Virus record (IMG/VR): IMGVR_UViG_2671180430_000004
Direction: 5' to 3' (one strand)
From: a virus
Taxonomy: Duplodnaviria; Heunggongvirae; Uroviricota; Caudoviricetes
DNA: 7,337 nt
Within the stretch, counting starts at the first letter, position 1. Every line of letters begins with the position of its first letter. Below the pieces are notes generated by a model, which worked only from the letters and a program-made list of their open reading frames with translations, ran no database searches and was not told the origin of the DNA. Below, one piece after another: positions 1 through 6,584 of the stretch. A program made the position numbers and the translations under genes.

Positions 1-25
1 GGGAAAAATATCATCAGATGGCTGC

Positions 26-379
26 TTAAAAAAAGAACAAATGGTAGTGTCCGCTATTGCCAGTACACCTCAATTGCTCTGCGGCTTCGCTCAGAGCTGG
101 CGTATGTTCCCGGCCTACTGATTCACACAGGTAATCAACGAAACCGGACACCAGTTTTCGTTCGCGAGGCGTGATCGCCCCACCGACCGGAGTCCAGTAA
201 TCGAAACCCAGTTGCAGGAGTTTGAAAAAACGCTTGTGGAATGCGTAGTTACACACACGCTTAAAGTCTGCGTGTATCCACTCACCTATTTTGATTTGAT
301 GCAGAAAATCGCAACTCTCCGGCGTCGCCGGGAGAAGTAATCCGGAAGAGGTTTGTTTGACCAGTTGTATATGTGCCAT
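26..379 (-). CDS. hypothetical protein, 117 aa, second gene of a two-gene operon
   Basis: Track ORF 26..421 starts at a TTG (421-419). An in-frame ATG at 379-377 is preceded by GGAG with a 7-nt spacer, giving MAHIQLVKQ... Stop TAA at 28-26. No family recognised. Confidence 0.55.
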   Translation of the reverse strand: MAHIQLVKQTSSGLLLPATPESCDFLHQIKIGEWIHADFKRVCNYAFHKRFFKLLQLGFDYWTPVGGAITPRERKLVSGFVDYLCESVGREHTPALSEAAEQLRCTGNSGHYHLFFF

Positions 380-417
380 CGGCTTTCTCCGGTGGCACGG
401 TGTTACACAGCAGGAGT

Positions 418-705
418 TCAATCCTGCTCAAGATTGTAGATGAGTTTATTCTTCAGCAAAAGCAGAAAACCAGCCTTAAAACCAATCTCTTTCAAAACCC
501 GTAATGATGTGACAAATTCGTCCTCACGCAAAATAAAACCGTCCGTCAGAAGTCCATTACAAAAATAAAATAACACAGCACCGCTCTTCCTTTGTTGAGA
601 TTGCAAACATCTAATGCGGCAATGGCTGACAATCGCTCCATTCTCAACGCGCACAGCATAGAGGCCATTTTCACTAAAAATTTCACGCAATTCTTCGATT
701 TTCAT
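418..705 (-). CDS. hypothetical protein, 95 aa, AT-rich coding sequence; sits where rem lies after hokD in the K-12 Qin prophage (synteny only)
   Basis: ATG at 705-703 preceded by GGAAGGA with an 8-nt spacer. Stop TGA at 420-418. First gene after the hok terminator. Product identity not established. Confidence 0.55.
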   Translation of the reverse strand: MKIEELREIFSENGLYAVRVENGAIVSHCRIRCLQSQQRKSGAVLFYFCNGLLTDGFILREDEFVTSLRVLKEIGFKAGFLLLLKNKLIYNLEQD

Positions 706-786
706 CTTCAGAATCCTTCCAGATAAATAGCTCTCCCCTGTTCGGGGTCCATCCCTCTTCTCCCTGCGCGCTACTTAAGTGAGTCG

Positions 787-814
787 ATTCTATCTGCGAA
801 GGTGCGCGAATCAA
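787..814 (-). promoter_or_regulatory. candidate sigma70 promoter for the 95-aa/117-aa operon
   Basis: Minus strand TTGATT (814-809), 16-nt spacer, TAGAAT (792-787), about 80 nt upstream of the ATG at 705 and just downstream of the hok terminator. Confidence 0.3.
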
Positions 815-830
815 ATTCACCGGAAATAAA

Positions 831-877
831 CAACAAAAAACCCGCCGAAACGCTGAGAGATCACAGCGATGGGCGGG
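831..877 (-). terminator. rho-independent terminator downstream of hok
   Basis: CCCGCC (841-846) pairs with GGCGGG (872-877), with an inner CGCTG/CAGCG stem (851-855 / 864-868). On the minus-strand transcript the hairpin is followed by UUUUUUGUUGUUUAUUU (plus 840-824). Confidence 0.5.
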
Positions 878-954
878 TTAAGTGCGGGTGCGTTGAGGAT
901 GCCTGACACATCAGAGGTGGGCGGGGATGGGATCAGCTCCCCGCCCGGTCACTC

Positions 955-1110
955 TTACTTCCTGGATTCGTAGTCTACGAAGACAGCGACCTCCGTCTGG
1001 CCGGTTCGGATTCGTACCTCACAGAGGTCTTTCCTCGTTACCAGTGCCGTCACTATGACGGTTAAACAGATGACGATCAGGGCGATTAACATCGCCTTTT
1101 GCTGCTTCAT
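955..1110 (-). CDS. hokD: Hok/Gef family type I toxin, 51 aa, closest in my memory to HokD/RelF
   Basis: From the ATG at 1110-1108 the product is MKQQKAMLIALIVICLTVIVTALVTRKDLCEVRIRTGQTEVAVFVDYESRK, matching recalled HokD/RelF except for the last residues. AAGGAG lies 9 nt upstream. Stop TAA at 957-955. The track ORF 955..1167 is an in-frame TTG extension into the leader. Confidence 0.85.
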   Translation of the reverse strand: MKQQKAMLIALIVICLTVIVTALVTRKDLCEVRIRTGQTEVAVFVDYESRK

Positions 1111-1286
1111 AGCCTGCTTCTCCTTGCCTTTCGGCATGTAAGAGGCTAACCTACATGTGCAAAGCATGAAATTGGCCTCAGATTAATGTTAAGCGTCTTG
1201 CCGGACGCGTAATGTTAACTGGGGCTTTTCTCTATCTGCCTTTTGGTGTTCATGCCTGAAGCAGATAGCCTCAAGCACCCGCAGTC

Positions 1287-1316
1287 ATTCTACTTACCTC
1301 GCCAATATGAAATCAA
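1287..1316 (-). promoter_or_regulatory. candidate hok mRNA promoter
   Basis: Minus strand TTGATT (1316-1311), 18-nt spacer, TAGAAT (1292-1287). Predicts a leader of about 170 nt before the hok ATG, as is typical of hok mRNAs. Confidence 0.3.
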
Positions 1317-1337
1317 TCAGAAAGGTGCCCCATAAAA

Positions 1338-2024
1338 TCACTCCTTCTCTTCTTTACCGTAGTGGAGTTGACCAATTTTGATAAGAGGGCGTCCCTGAGA
1401 TTTGCGGTGTAGATTGGTATCGCGCAGAGAATACACACAGCCACAATATTCCTGCTGATAGAATTTTTCGCGCTTGCTGATTTCAATCATACGGGACGAG
1501 CCGCCCTGCTTGCGCCAGTTATAATCCCAGTACACCATGCCCGGATAATGCGCGACGGCTCGCCGCCCACAGTCGTTAACCTGCTGCATATTTTTCCAGC
1601 GTGAAATGCCCAGTGAACTGCTGATCACACTGAAACCATTTTCAGCGGCGTACAGCGCTGTCCGCTCAAAACGCATGTCAAAACACATGGTGCAACGGAT
1701 CCCTCGTTCGGGCTCCCATTCCATTCCTTTGGCTCGTTCAAACCAGTTGTCTGTGTCGTAATCAGCATCAATAAACGGCACGCCGTGTTGTTCAGCAAAG
1801 CGAATATTCTCATCCTTACGAATTAAATACTCTTTCTGAGGATGAATGTTCGGGTTGTAGAAAAAGATGGTGTAGTCGATTCCCGAGGCCTGAAGCGCCT
1901 CCATCACCTCACCGGAACATGGAGCACAGCAAGAGTGCAGTAGTAGTTTGTTTGCCCCGTTTGGGAGCTCCAATTTGGGCCGTTTGAAATCAGCAACTGT
2001 CATAAATATGTTTATTGGGGTCAT
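1338..2024 (-). CDS. queH: QueH-like protein (DUF208, epoxyqueuosine reductase family)
   Basis: 228-aa ORF with N-terminal [19 protein letters not shown], a central CTMC and a C-terminal YCGC, which I recall as the conserved cysteine pattern of QueH/DUF208. ATG at 2024 (alternative ATG at 2003); neither has a clear Shine-Dalgarno. Stop TGA at 1340-1338. Confidence 0.6.
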   Translation of the reverse strand: MTPINIFMTVADFKRPKLELPNGANKLLLHSCCAPCSGEVMEALQASGIDYTIFFYNPNIHPQKEYLIRKDENIRFAEQHGVPFIDADYDTDNWFERAKGMEWEPERGIRCTMCFDMRFERTALYAAENGFSVISSSLGISRWKNMQQVNDCGRRAVAHYPGMVYWDYNWRKQGGSSRMIEISKREKFYQQEYCGCVYSLRDTNLHRKSQGRPLIKIGQLHYGKEEKE

Positions 2025-2171
2025 AAAAATATCAAAGAGTGTAGCATTAGAACGGGGCTATCGGAAACAGATGTGTGACTGCTCCCCGCCCTTTCGGGTG
2101 GTCTCCTGATGATTTGAGGGTGCAGAAATCCCTCCGGTTAAGGATTAAATTTTTAACAGTGCTAAATTTAA

Positions 2172-2510
2172 TTATTCAGTTCTGGATTTTGTCGCCCTGC
2201 GTATCCGCGCTTTCGCGTTACGCTCAATCTGTATCAGCTTTTCTATATTTCTCCGCCTTTCCTGTTCCTCCTGGCGCAATAGCCTTACATCATCTGCCAG
2301 TCTGGTTTCTCTTTTTGCCACAGAGAGCATCCAGTCAAACGGCTCCACAACCGCACCGCAGATTTTACAGCGGACCTGACGCTCTTTTTCGTCAACCCGG
2401 ACAGAGGCGTGATGGCAATATGGTCTTTCCGATGGTTCATAAAGAAAATTAACCTGATTACGAGGGTCATCCTCTTTTACCGGAAATAAAACGATATTGC
2501 TTAACTCATC
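2172..2510 (-). pseudogene. 5'-truncated paralogous copy of the zinc-ribbon gene at 3097..3453
   Basis: Ungapped alignment to 3097..3437 at an offset of 925 bp. The frame is open for 112 codons (DELSNIVLFPVKEDDPRNQ...RRATKSRTE, stop TAA 2174-2172) but has no start. The codon homologous to Glu6 of the intact copy is TAA (2513-2511), which is also the stop of the upstream 123-aa ORF. Confidence 0.55.
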
Positions 2511-2512
2511 TT
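2172..2512. repeat. direct repeat copy A, about 341 bp
   Basis: About 94-95% identical by eye to 3097..3437 with no indels, roughly 18 substitutions and a 9-bp divergent patch near the 3' end. Confidence 0.85.
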
Positions 2513-2882
2513 AAATTGACCCAATCAGATATCCAGCGTCCTCCGCCGGAAATTGAGCAATAAGCTCACCTGTTCGTTCAGCGAGCTCGCGTGCATCACA
2601 TGGAATGTCTTCTATGTAAACAGTGTGCGGTACTGCCCTCATTTTAATGCTGCTTTTTTGCTTTTTTGCAAGGGTATCCCAATATGCAGCTACGATGCTG
2701 AAGCAGTATGAGCGGGCATGCATCAACCTTGACTGCCCGGTTTTGTAATTGCCCGCATAACCTTTGGCCATGGCTTTACAAGTTTGATATCTTTCCAGAT
2801 TAGAAAACTCATTATCTGTAAAAAAATCAAAATGTTGCACATTCATAATGTAAAATCCTAATGTATCAAACATGCGGGCCAT
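2511..2882 (-). CDS. hypothetical protein, 123 aa, cargo ORF between the repeat copies
   Basis: ATG at 2882-2880 giving MARMFDTLGFYIMNVQHF... Stop TAA at 2513-2511. No obvious Shine-Dalgarno at the first ATG; an alternative ATG (MNVQ, about 2846) has AGGA upstream. The N-terminal third is encoded by markedly AT-rich DNA. No family recognised. Confidence 0.5.
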   Translation of the reverse strand: MARMFDTLGFYIMNVQHFDFFTDNEFSNLERYQTCKAMAKGYAGNYKTGQSRLMHARSYCFSIVAAYWDTLAKKQKSSIKMRAVPHTVYIEDIPCDARELAERTGELIAQFPAEDAGYLIGSI

Positions 2883-3096
2883 AACATCTCATGGTGGCGC
2901 ATAGCAAACTGGCCCGAAGAATATCACGCACCAAGTCGATCTCATAACCCGTTATGACAATAAATCTTTGTAGCTGAACTCACTTGGTGATTTGTCAATC
3001 ATTCCTGGCCTCCAGTTCGTCCTGAATCTCTTTATCGAGTTCACCGTATTTGTTAGTCCTCATCACTCACGACTTGACTTCCAGAAATAACCTTGA

Positions 3097-3437
3097 TTAT
3101 TCGGGGCTATATTTTGTCACCCTGCGTATCCGCGCTTTCGCATTACGCTCAATCTGGATTAGCTTTTCTATATTTTTTCGCCTTTCCCGCTCCTCCTGGC
3201 GCAAGAGCCTTACATCATCTGCCAGTCTGGTTTCTCTTTTCGCCACAGAGAGCATCCAGTCAAATGGCTCCACAACTGCACCGCAAATTTTACAGCGGAC
3301 CTGACGCTCTTTTTCGTCAACCCGGACAGAAGCGTGATGGCAATATGGTCTTTCCGATGGCTCATAAAGAAAATTAACCTGATTACGAGGGTTATCCTCT
3401 TTTACCGGAAATAAAACAATATTGCTTAACTCATCTT
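3097..3437. repeat. direct repeat copy B, about 341 bp
   Basis: Homologous to 2172..2512; this copy carries the intact gene. Confidence 0.85.
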
Positions 3438-3453
3438 CTGGTTTTATTTCCAT
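3097..3453 (-). CDS. small Cys/His zinc-ribbon-like protein, 118 aa
   Basis: ATG at 3453-3451 preceded by AAGGAGAGGAG; the track start is an upstream GTG at 3510. Stop TAA at 3099-3097. Motif C-H-H...C-K-I-C-G. Differences from the paralogous copy are about 13 synonymous to 4 nonsynonymous in this frame, supporting minus-strand coding. Confidence 0.7.
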   Translation of the reverse strand: MEIKPEDELSNIVLFPVKEDNPRNQVNFLYEPSERPYCHHASVRVDEKERQVRCKICGAVVEPFDWMLSVAKRETRLADDVRLLRQEERERRKNIEKLIQIERNAKARIRRVTKYSPE

Positions 3454-3510
3454 GCTCCTCTCCTTTGATGCGAATGCCAGCGGTAATTGAAGCCTGATAG
3501 CTAATTTCAC

Positions 3511-3933
3511 TCACAGTACCGCCTCCTGAAAATCACCCTGATAGAAAGCCGGTACACGCTGCATAACTTCACTCTTCCGGCACTCGCGACAGATTATGTT
3601 CTGATGTCTGTCGTAGCGGCGTATTTCTCCGTCCGGTAATGACCAGATAAGGTCCGGATCAACCACAGATGGTTTCTTCAGCTTTGCCCTCGAGAGTTTT
3701 TTGCGGGCGTTTTGCCAGTCCTTACGAGCCTGTTCAGACGGGAATAACCCGTAGCCAGAGTTGTATACATCCCCACTGGCAACCAGCTCTCTGGCGAGAA
3801 CGCTTATTAAATATCTTGTCGCCCCGGTTTTAGCTTCCAGTTGTCGTAACGTCTCGCGCCCACTCTGGCGTACGAGTTCAACAACCTGCCCCTTAATTTT
3901 TTCCCGCTCTTCCTGTGTAAATACTTTTGCCAT
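3511..3933 (-). CDS. Ren-like protein (tentative), 140 aa
   Basis: ATG at 3933-3931 (MAKVFTQ...); the track start is a TTG at 3948. Stop TGA at 3513-3511. The C-terminal ICRECRKSEVMQRV resembles the C-terminus of lambda Ren as I recall it (FKECRQSAAMKRV), and the gene sits after the P-analog as ren does after P. Identity is tentative. Confidence 0.55.
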   Translation of the reverse strand: MAKVFTQEEREKIKGQVVELVRQSGRETLRQLEAKTGATRYLISVLARELVASGDVYNSGYGLFPSEQARKDWQNARKKLSRAKLKKPSVVDPDLIWSLPDGEIRRYDRHQNIICRECRKSEVMQRVPAFYQGDFQEAVL

Positions 3934-3948
3934 AAGCGCCCCCGGCAA

Positions 3949-4674
3949 TCACTTTTCCGACACAATACGACCGGAGGAATCGACAATCTGTCGAACAATA
4001 TCCCGGTGCTTGTTCAGCTCCCGCAACGCGGCGCAGACACGCTCCCACTTCTGGACATGACTTTTCGCCCGACGCAGTTCGCGGTTTGCCATATGCAGCG
4101 ATGGTAAAACCAGGTCATCCGCTTGCGTTTCGGTGAACGATGGCAACGACTGCACAATGTCCGCCACAGTTTCTGTTTTAATTTCTTCCTGTGTTGCAGC
4201 TTCCTGTACCGGTAACGCAACACCTGCTGGCTGAGGAAAGACTTTACCATCCGTTTCCGCTATGGATGCGGCTTTCGGCTCTGCCGGTAAATCAGCGCCC
4301 GGTATGCAGTACCGAAATTTACCGCCCTGATTCACGCGAATCAGACGCCCTTTGCTGATTGCCATGGCCAGCGATGAATTCGCCCGGCGGGAGGTAATCC
4401 CGAACATCAGTGCCAGCTCATCCGCCGTTTGTGGGCCATGTTGTTCAATCGCCTCAGTCAGCATTTGCGCTGTCACTTTCGGTACCGGTGACACTGGTTC
4501 ACTTTCACCAGCCTGAATCAGCCACCACATCGAACCCTTGTTATCCGCTTCACCACGGCGCTTCAGTTTCCACAGTTCGTTGACCGCATCTTCACGGCTG
4601 ATTCCAAGGCGGGACGCCACCACATGTGAAGAGGCTCTTTTCAGTGCTTTCAGTGCGTCAAATACAGTTTCCAT
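3949..4674 (-). CDS. hypothetical protein with two tandem winged-helix-like domains, 241 aa
   Basis: ATG at 4674-4672 preceded by GGAGG with a 7-nt spacer; the track start is a TTG at 4692. Stop TGA at 3951-3949. Two HTH-like segments ([19 protein letters not shown] and [24 protein letters not shown]) separated from a basic C-terminal region. Confidence 0.7.
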   Translation of the reverse strand: METVFDALKALKRASSHVVASRLGISREDAVNELWKLKRRGEADNKGSMWWLIQAGESEPVSPVPKVTAQMLTEAIEQHGPQTADELALMFGITSRRANSSLAMAISKGRLIRVNQGGKFRYCIPGADLPAEPKAASIAETDGKVFPQPAGVALPVQEAATQEEIKTETVADIVQSLPSFTETQADDLVLPSLHMANRELRRAKSHVQKWERVCAALRELNKHRDIVRQIVDSSGRIVSEK

Positions 4675-4695
4675 TAAAACATCCTCCAACAAAAA

Positions 4696-5442
4696 TTACT
4701 TCACAACTCCCGGAAAGCTGACATTTGAACGCCAGCTATCCCAGTTAAACGTCACCCACCGACAACCGTTCATGGTCATGCGGTCCATAATCCTCTCACC
4801 AAGAAGCGTGCTCATTGCGGCATGATTCAGGTTTGTTAACATCCCGACACTGCACAGTGATGCTGTCCGGCGATCAATTATCTGGTGCAATACCACCTGC
4901 TCGTTTTTCGTCTCCCGCTGAATGCCTATTTCATCCAGGACCAGCAAATCAACCCCGCAAAGCTCCTGTAAAAATTTTTCACCGGATTTGCCGTTGTCGT
5001 AGCTGTCATGCAACACGCTCATGACATCAGACTCGGTGACGATAATCACGCTGCGCCCCTTCGCCATCAGCCGGTTACCCATCGCCGCTGCAAGGTGATT
5101 TTTCCCGGTGCCGGTTTTACCGCTGAACACAAAATTCGTGCACCCGGTCATCAGTTCGTCAGCTATGGATTTGGCCTGGCTCAGCGCGTATTTTTGCCCG
5201 TCGTTCTGCACCTGATAATTCGCAAACGAGCATTTGCTGTGCAGAGGCTGGATGCCCGAACGATTCAGGATTTTTTCCACCCGCAACTGGCGATTCTGGC
5301 GGTTAATCTCCTCGCTGCGTTTTCGTCCTTCAGCAAGTTGCCATTCCCGCCACTCCTCCACCGTCCGGTACGGTGGAACCGCCCCCTGTGGTGCAAGTCT
5401 GTGAATACGTTCAAGAACCCCGGCTGCCGCAATGTTTTTCAT
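4696..5442 (-). CDS. DnaC-like AAA+ helicase loader (phage P analog, Rac YdaV-like)
   Basis: 248 aa. Walker A FSGKTGTGKNHLAAA with the DnaC-type GKN, Walker B LLVLDEIG. ATG at 5442-5440 lies 6 nt after the stop of the upstream initiator gene. Stop TAA at 4698-4696. Confidence 0.85.
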   Translation of the reverse strand: MKNIAAAGVLERIHRLAPQGAVPPYRTVEEWREWQLAEGRKRSEEINRQNRQLRVEKILNRSGIQPLHSKCSFANYQVQNDGQKYALSQAKSIADELMTGCTNFVFSGKTGTGKNHLAAAMGNRLMAKGRSVIIVTESDVMSVLHDSYDNGKSGEKFLQELCGVDLLVLDEIGIQRETKNEQVVLHQIIDRRTASLCSVGMLTNLNHAAMSTLLGERIMDRMTMNGCRWVTFNWDSWRSNVSFPGVVK

Positions 5443-5448
5443 GCCACA

Positions 5449-6513
5449 TCACCCCCTGAATCCCGGCGGAATTTCGGTATCCGGTTCAGAAATATGATTC
5501 ACACAACGCTGGTTGTTCGTGCCGCTTACCGGGAGCAACCAGGGGTTTTCAAAATTCCGGTCCGGCCCAAAAAACGTCGTCGCTCGCTGAACAAATTCCG
5601 TTCCCGCTTTCCCGGTCGCCGCCAGGTATCTCGCGTAACGCCTCACACCATCCAGCATGGTCTCTGGTGGCACCCCCTCGCGCAATCTGGCCTTCCAGGC
5701 ACTGAATGCGGATTTCTTCGGGTTTGCCCCGGCACGCAACGGGTATTCCCGCCAGACCTGTTCGAACACATCCGGATAATCCACTCGTCCCACAGGCTGC
5801 CCGGTGTTTTCCGGGGCTACCCGATCGGCTTCCCGCTGAATGGCGGAATCGGCTTCAGGCTGCTGCAGTTGGAGTGATTGCTCCGGCCTTGCGGTCATCA
5901 CCTGCTGCACAGCGCCCGAATCGGCTTTCAGCGCATACGCTGAATCGGCTTCCGGTGTCGAGCCTGCTGGCTGACCAGGATTGACGGTCTGAACATCCCC
6001 TGCCTGGTTCGTGGCGTTTTTTACGCCATGGACCATAGTGTTTTGATCTTCTTTATCTGTATCTTTATCTGTATCTGTCGTGACTCGTCGTGACATGTGC
6101 GTGACATTTCGTGACGCGCCGTGACAATCGCCATTTTGTTCCCGCTTTCTTTCCCTCTCTCGCTGCGCCCTCTTGCGCTCTGCAGGAGATTTTGCGGTTT
6201 GCGAAATATTGCCGTTGTCCTCTTTAAGCACCTGGCGTTTTTCCCATCCAGTGATTAAATCACCATCAAGTACCCGCCCCTGCATCGTCTGCAAAATTGA
6301 ATCAATTACCTCTTCTGTCACGTCGAGCGCACTTGCCAAATCTTCTGTCGTGACATCAATGTGACCTCGCGTGACATTTCGTGACGCGCTCACCAGGAGG
6401 TGGATATACACTGCCATCACTGTTGCAATTGGCTGCCCTGACACCCTGGCAATTGTTCGCCACTTAGGGTCATTTGGCATGTCATGCCATAATCTGAGCC
6501 AGGCGTTAGCCAT
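5449..6513 (-). CDS. phage replication initiation protein (O-like replisome organiser)
   Basis: ATG at 6513-6511; the track start is a GTG at 6519. The N-terminal domain (WLRLWHDMPNDPKWRTIARVSGQ...) resembles phage replisome-organiser/DnaD-like N-domains, followed by a charged low-complexity linker and a conserved C-terminal domain. It lies directly upstream of the DnaC-like gene and contains iteron arrays. Confidence 0.8.
   Translation of the reverse strand: MANAWLRLWHDMPNDPKWRTIARVSGQPIATVMAVYIHLLVSASRNVTRGHIDVTTEDLASALDVTEEVIDSILQTMQGRVLDGDLITGWEKRQVLKEDNGNISQTAKSPAERKRAQRERERKREQNGDCHGASRNVTHMSRRVTTDTDKDTDKEDQNTMVHGVKNATNQAGDVQTVNPGQPAGSTPEADSAYALKADSGAVQQVMTARPEQSLQLQQPEADSAIQREADRVAPENTGQPVGRVDYPDVFEQVWREYPLRAGANPKKSAFSAWKARLREGVPPETMLDGVRRYARYLAATGKAGTEFVQRATTFFGPDRNFENPWLLPVSGTNNQRCVNHISEPDTEIPPGFRG
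6035..6125. repeat. putative origin core: AT-rich tract plus five phased CGTGAC iterons
   Basis: GTGAC at 6080, 6090, 6101, 6111 and 6121 (spacing 10, 11, 10, 10 bp), immediately 3' of the AT-rich tract ATCTTCTTTATCTGTATCTTTATCTGTATCTGT (about 6046-6078). Lies in the linker-coding part of the initiator gene. Confidence 0.55.
6317..6389. repeat. second iteron array: four phased GTGAC plus one inverted copy
   Basis: GTGAC at 6350, 6361, 6371 and 6381 (spacing 11, 10, 10 bp) and GTCACG at 6317-6322. The 21-bp block GCGTGACATTTCGTGACGCGC at 6369-6389 is identical to 6099-6119. Confidence 0.55.
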
Positions 6514-6584
6514 ACTCACCTCTTCTGATACCGAATCTTTTTACTCACGAGTTGCCGGGAGCGATTCGATATGGCTATTGTCAG

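Noticed and set aside
1-25. Possible start of a further minus-strand gene (ATG at 14-12) running off the window edge
   Set aside because: Only 4 codons are visible and there is no clear ribosome-binding site, so it cannot be supported from this window.
1111-1167. In-frame N-terminal extension of hok from a TTG at 1167 (70-aa track ORF), considered as a mok-like frame
   Set aside because: The conserved Hok protein begins at the ATG at 1110, which has an AAGGAG site. The extension has a non-ATG start, and mok normally overlaps hok in a different frame.
1625-1813. 62-aa minus-strand ORF nested in the QueH-like gene
   Set aside because: It is an out-of-frame ORF inside a longer motif-supported CDS.
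2086-2101. GC hairpin CCGCCC-TTTC-GGGTGG between the QueH-like gene and repeat copy A
   Set aside because: No U-run follows on either strand and the minus-strand version has a mismatch, so it is not a convincing intrinsic terminator.
2075-2452. Plus-strand ORFs inside the repeat copies (2075..2452, 3050..3304, 3093..3377) that look conserved between the copies
   Set aside because: Their apparent conservation comes only from the DNA repeat. Substitutions between the copies are synonymous-biased in the minus frame, and the minus-frame gene has a strong Shine-Dalgarno and a zinc-ribbon motif.
2285-2470. 61-aa minus-strand ORF in repeat copy A
   Set aside because: It is in a different frame from the conserved zinc-ribbon frame and exists only because of a few substitutions; no ribosome-binding site.
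3761-4250. Overlapping short ORFs (3761..4060 plus strand; 3807..3998 and 4014..4250 minus strand)
   Set aside because: They are alternative frames or antisense to the Ren-like and winged-helix genes, with no ribosome-binding sites or motifs.
5008-5877. 289-aa plus-strand ORF
   Set aside because: It is entirely antisense to the well-supported DnaC-like and initiator genes, is rich in Arg, Pro and His as expected of a spurious antisense frame, and has no ribosome-binding site or recognisable domain.
6079-6389. Short phased repeats considered as a possible CRISPR array
   Set aside because: The units are 5-6 bp motifs at 10-11 bp spacing inside a coding region, with no 25-40 bp repeat-spacer structure; an iteron interpretation fits.
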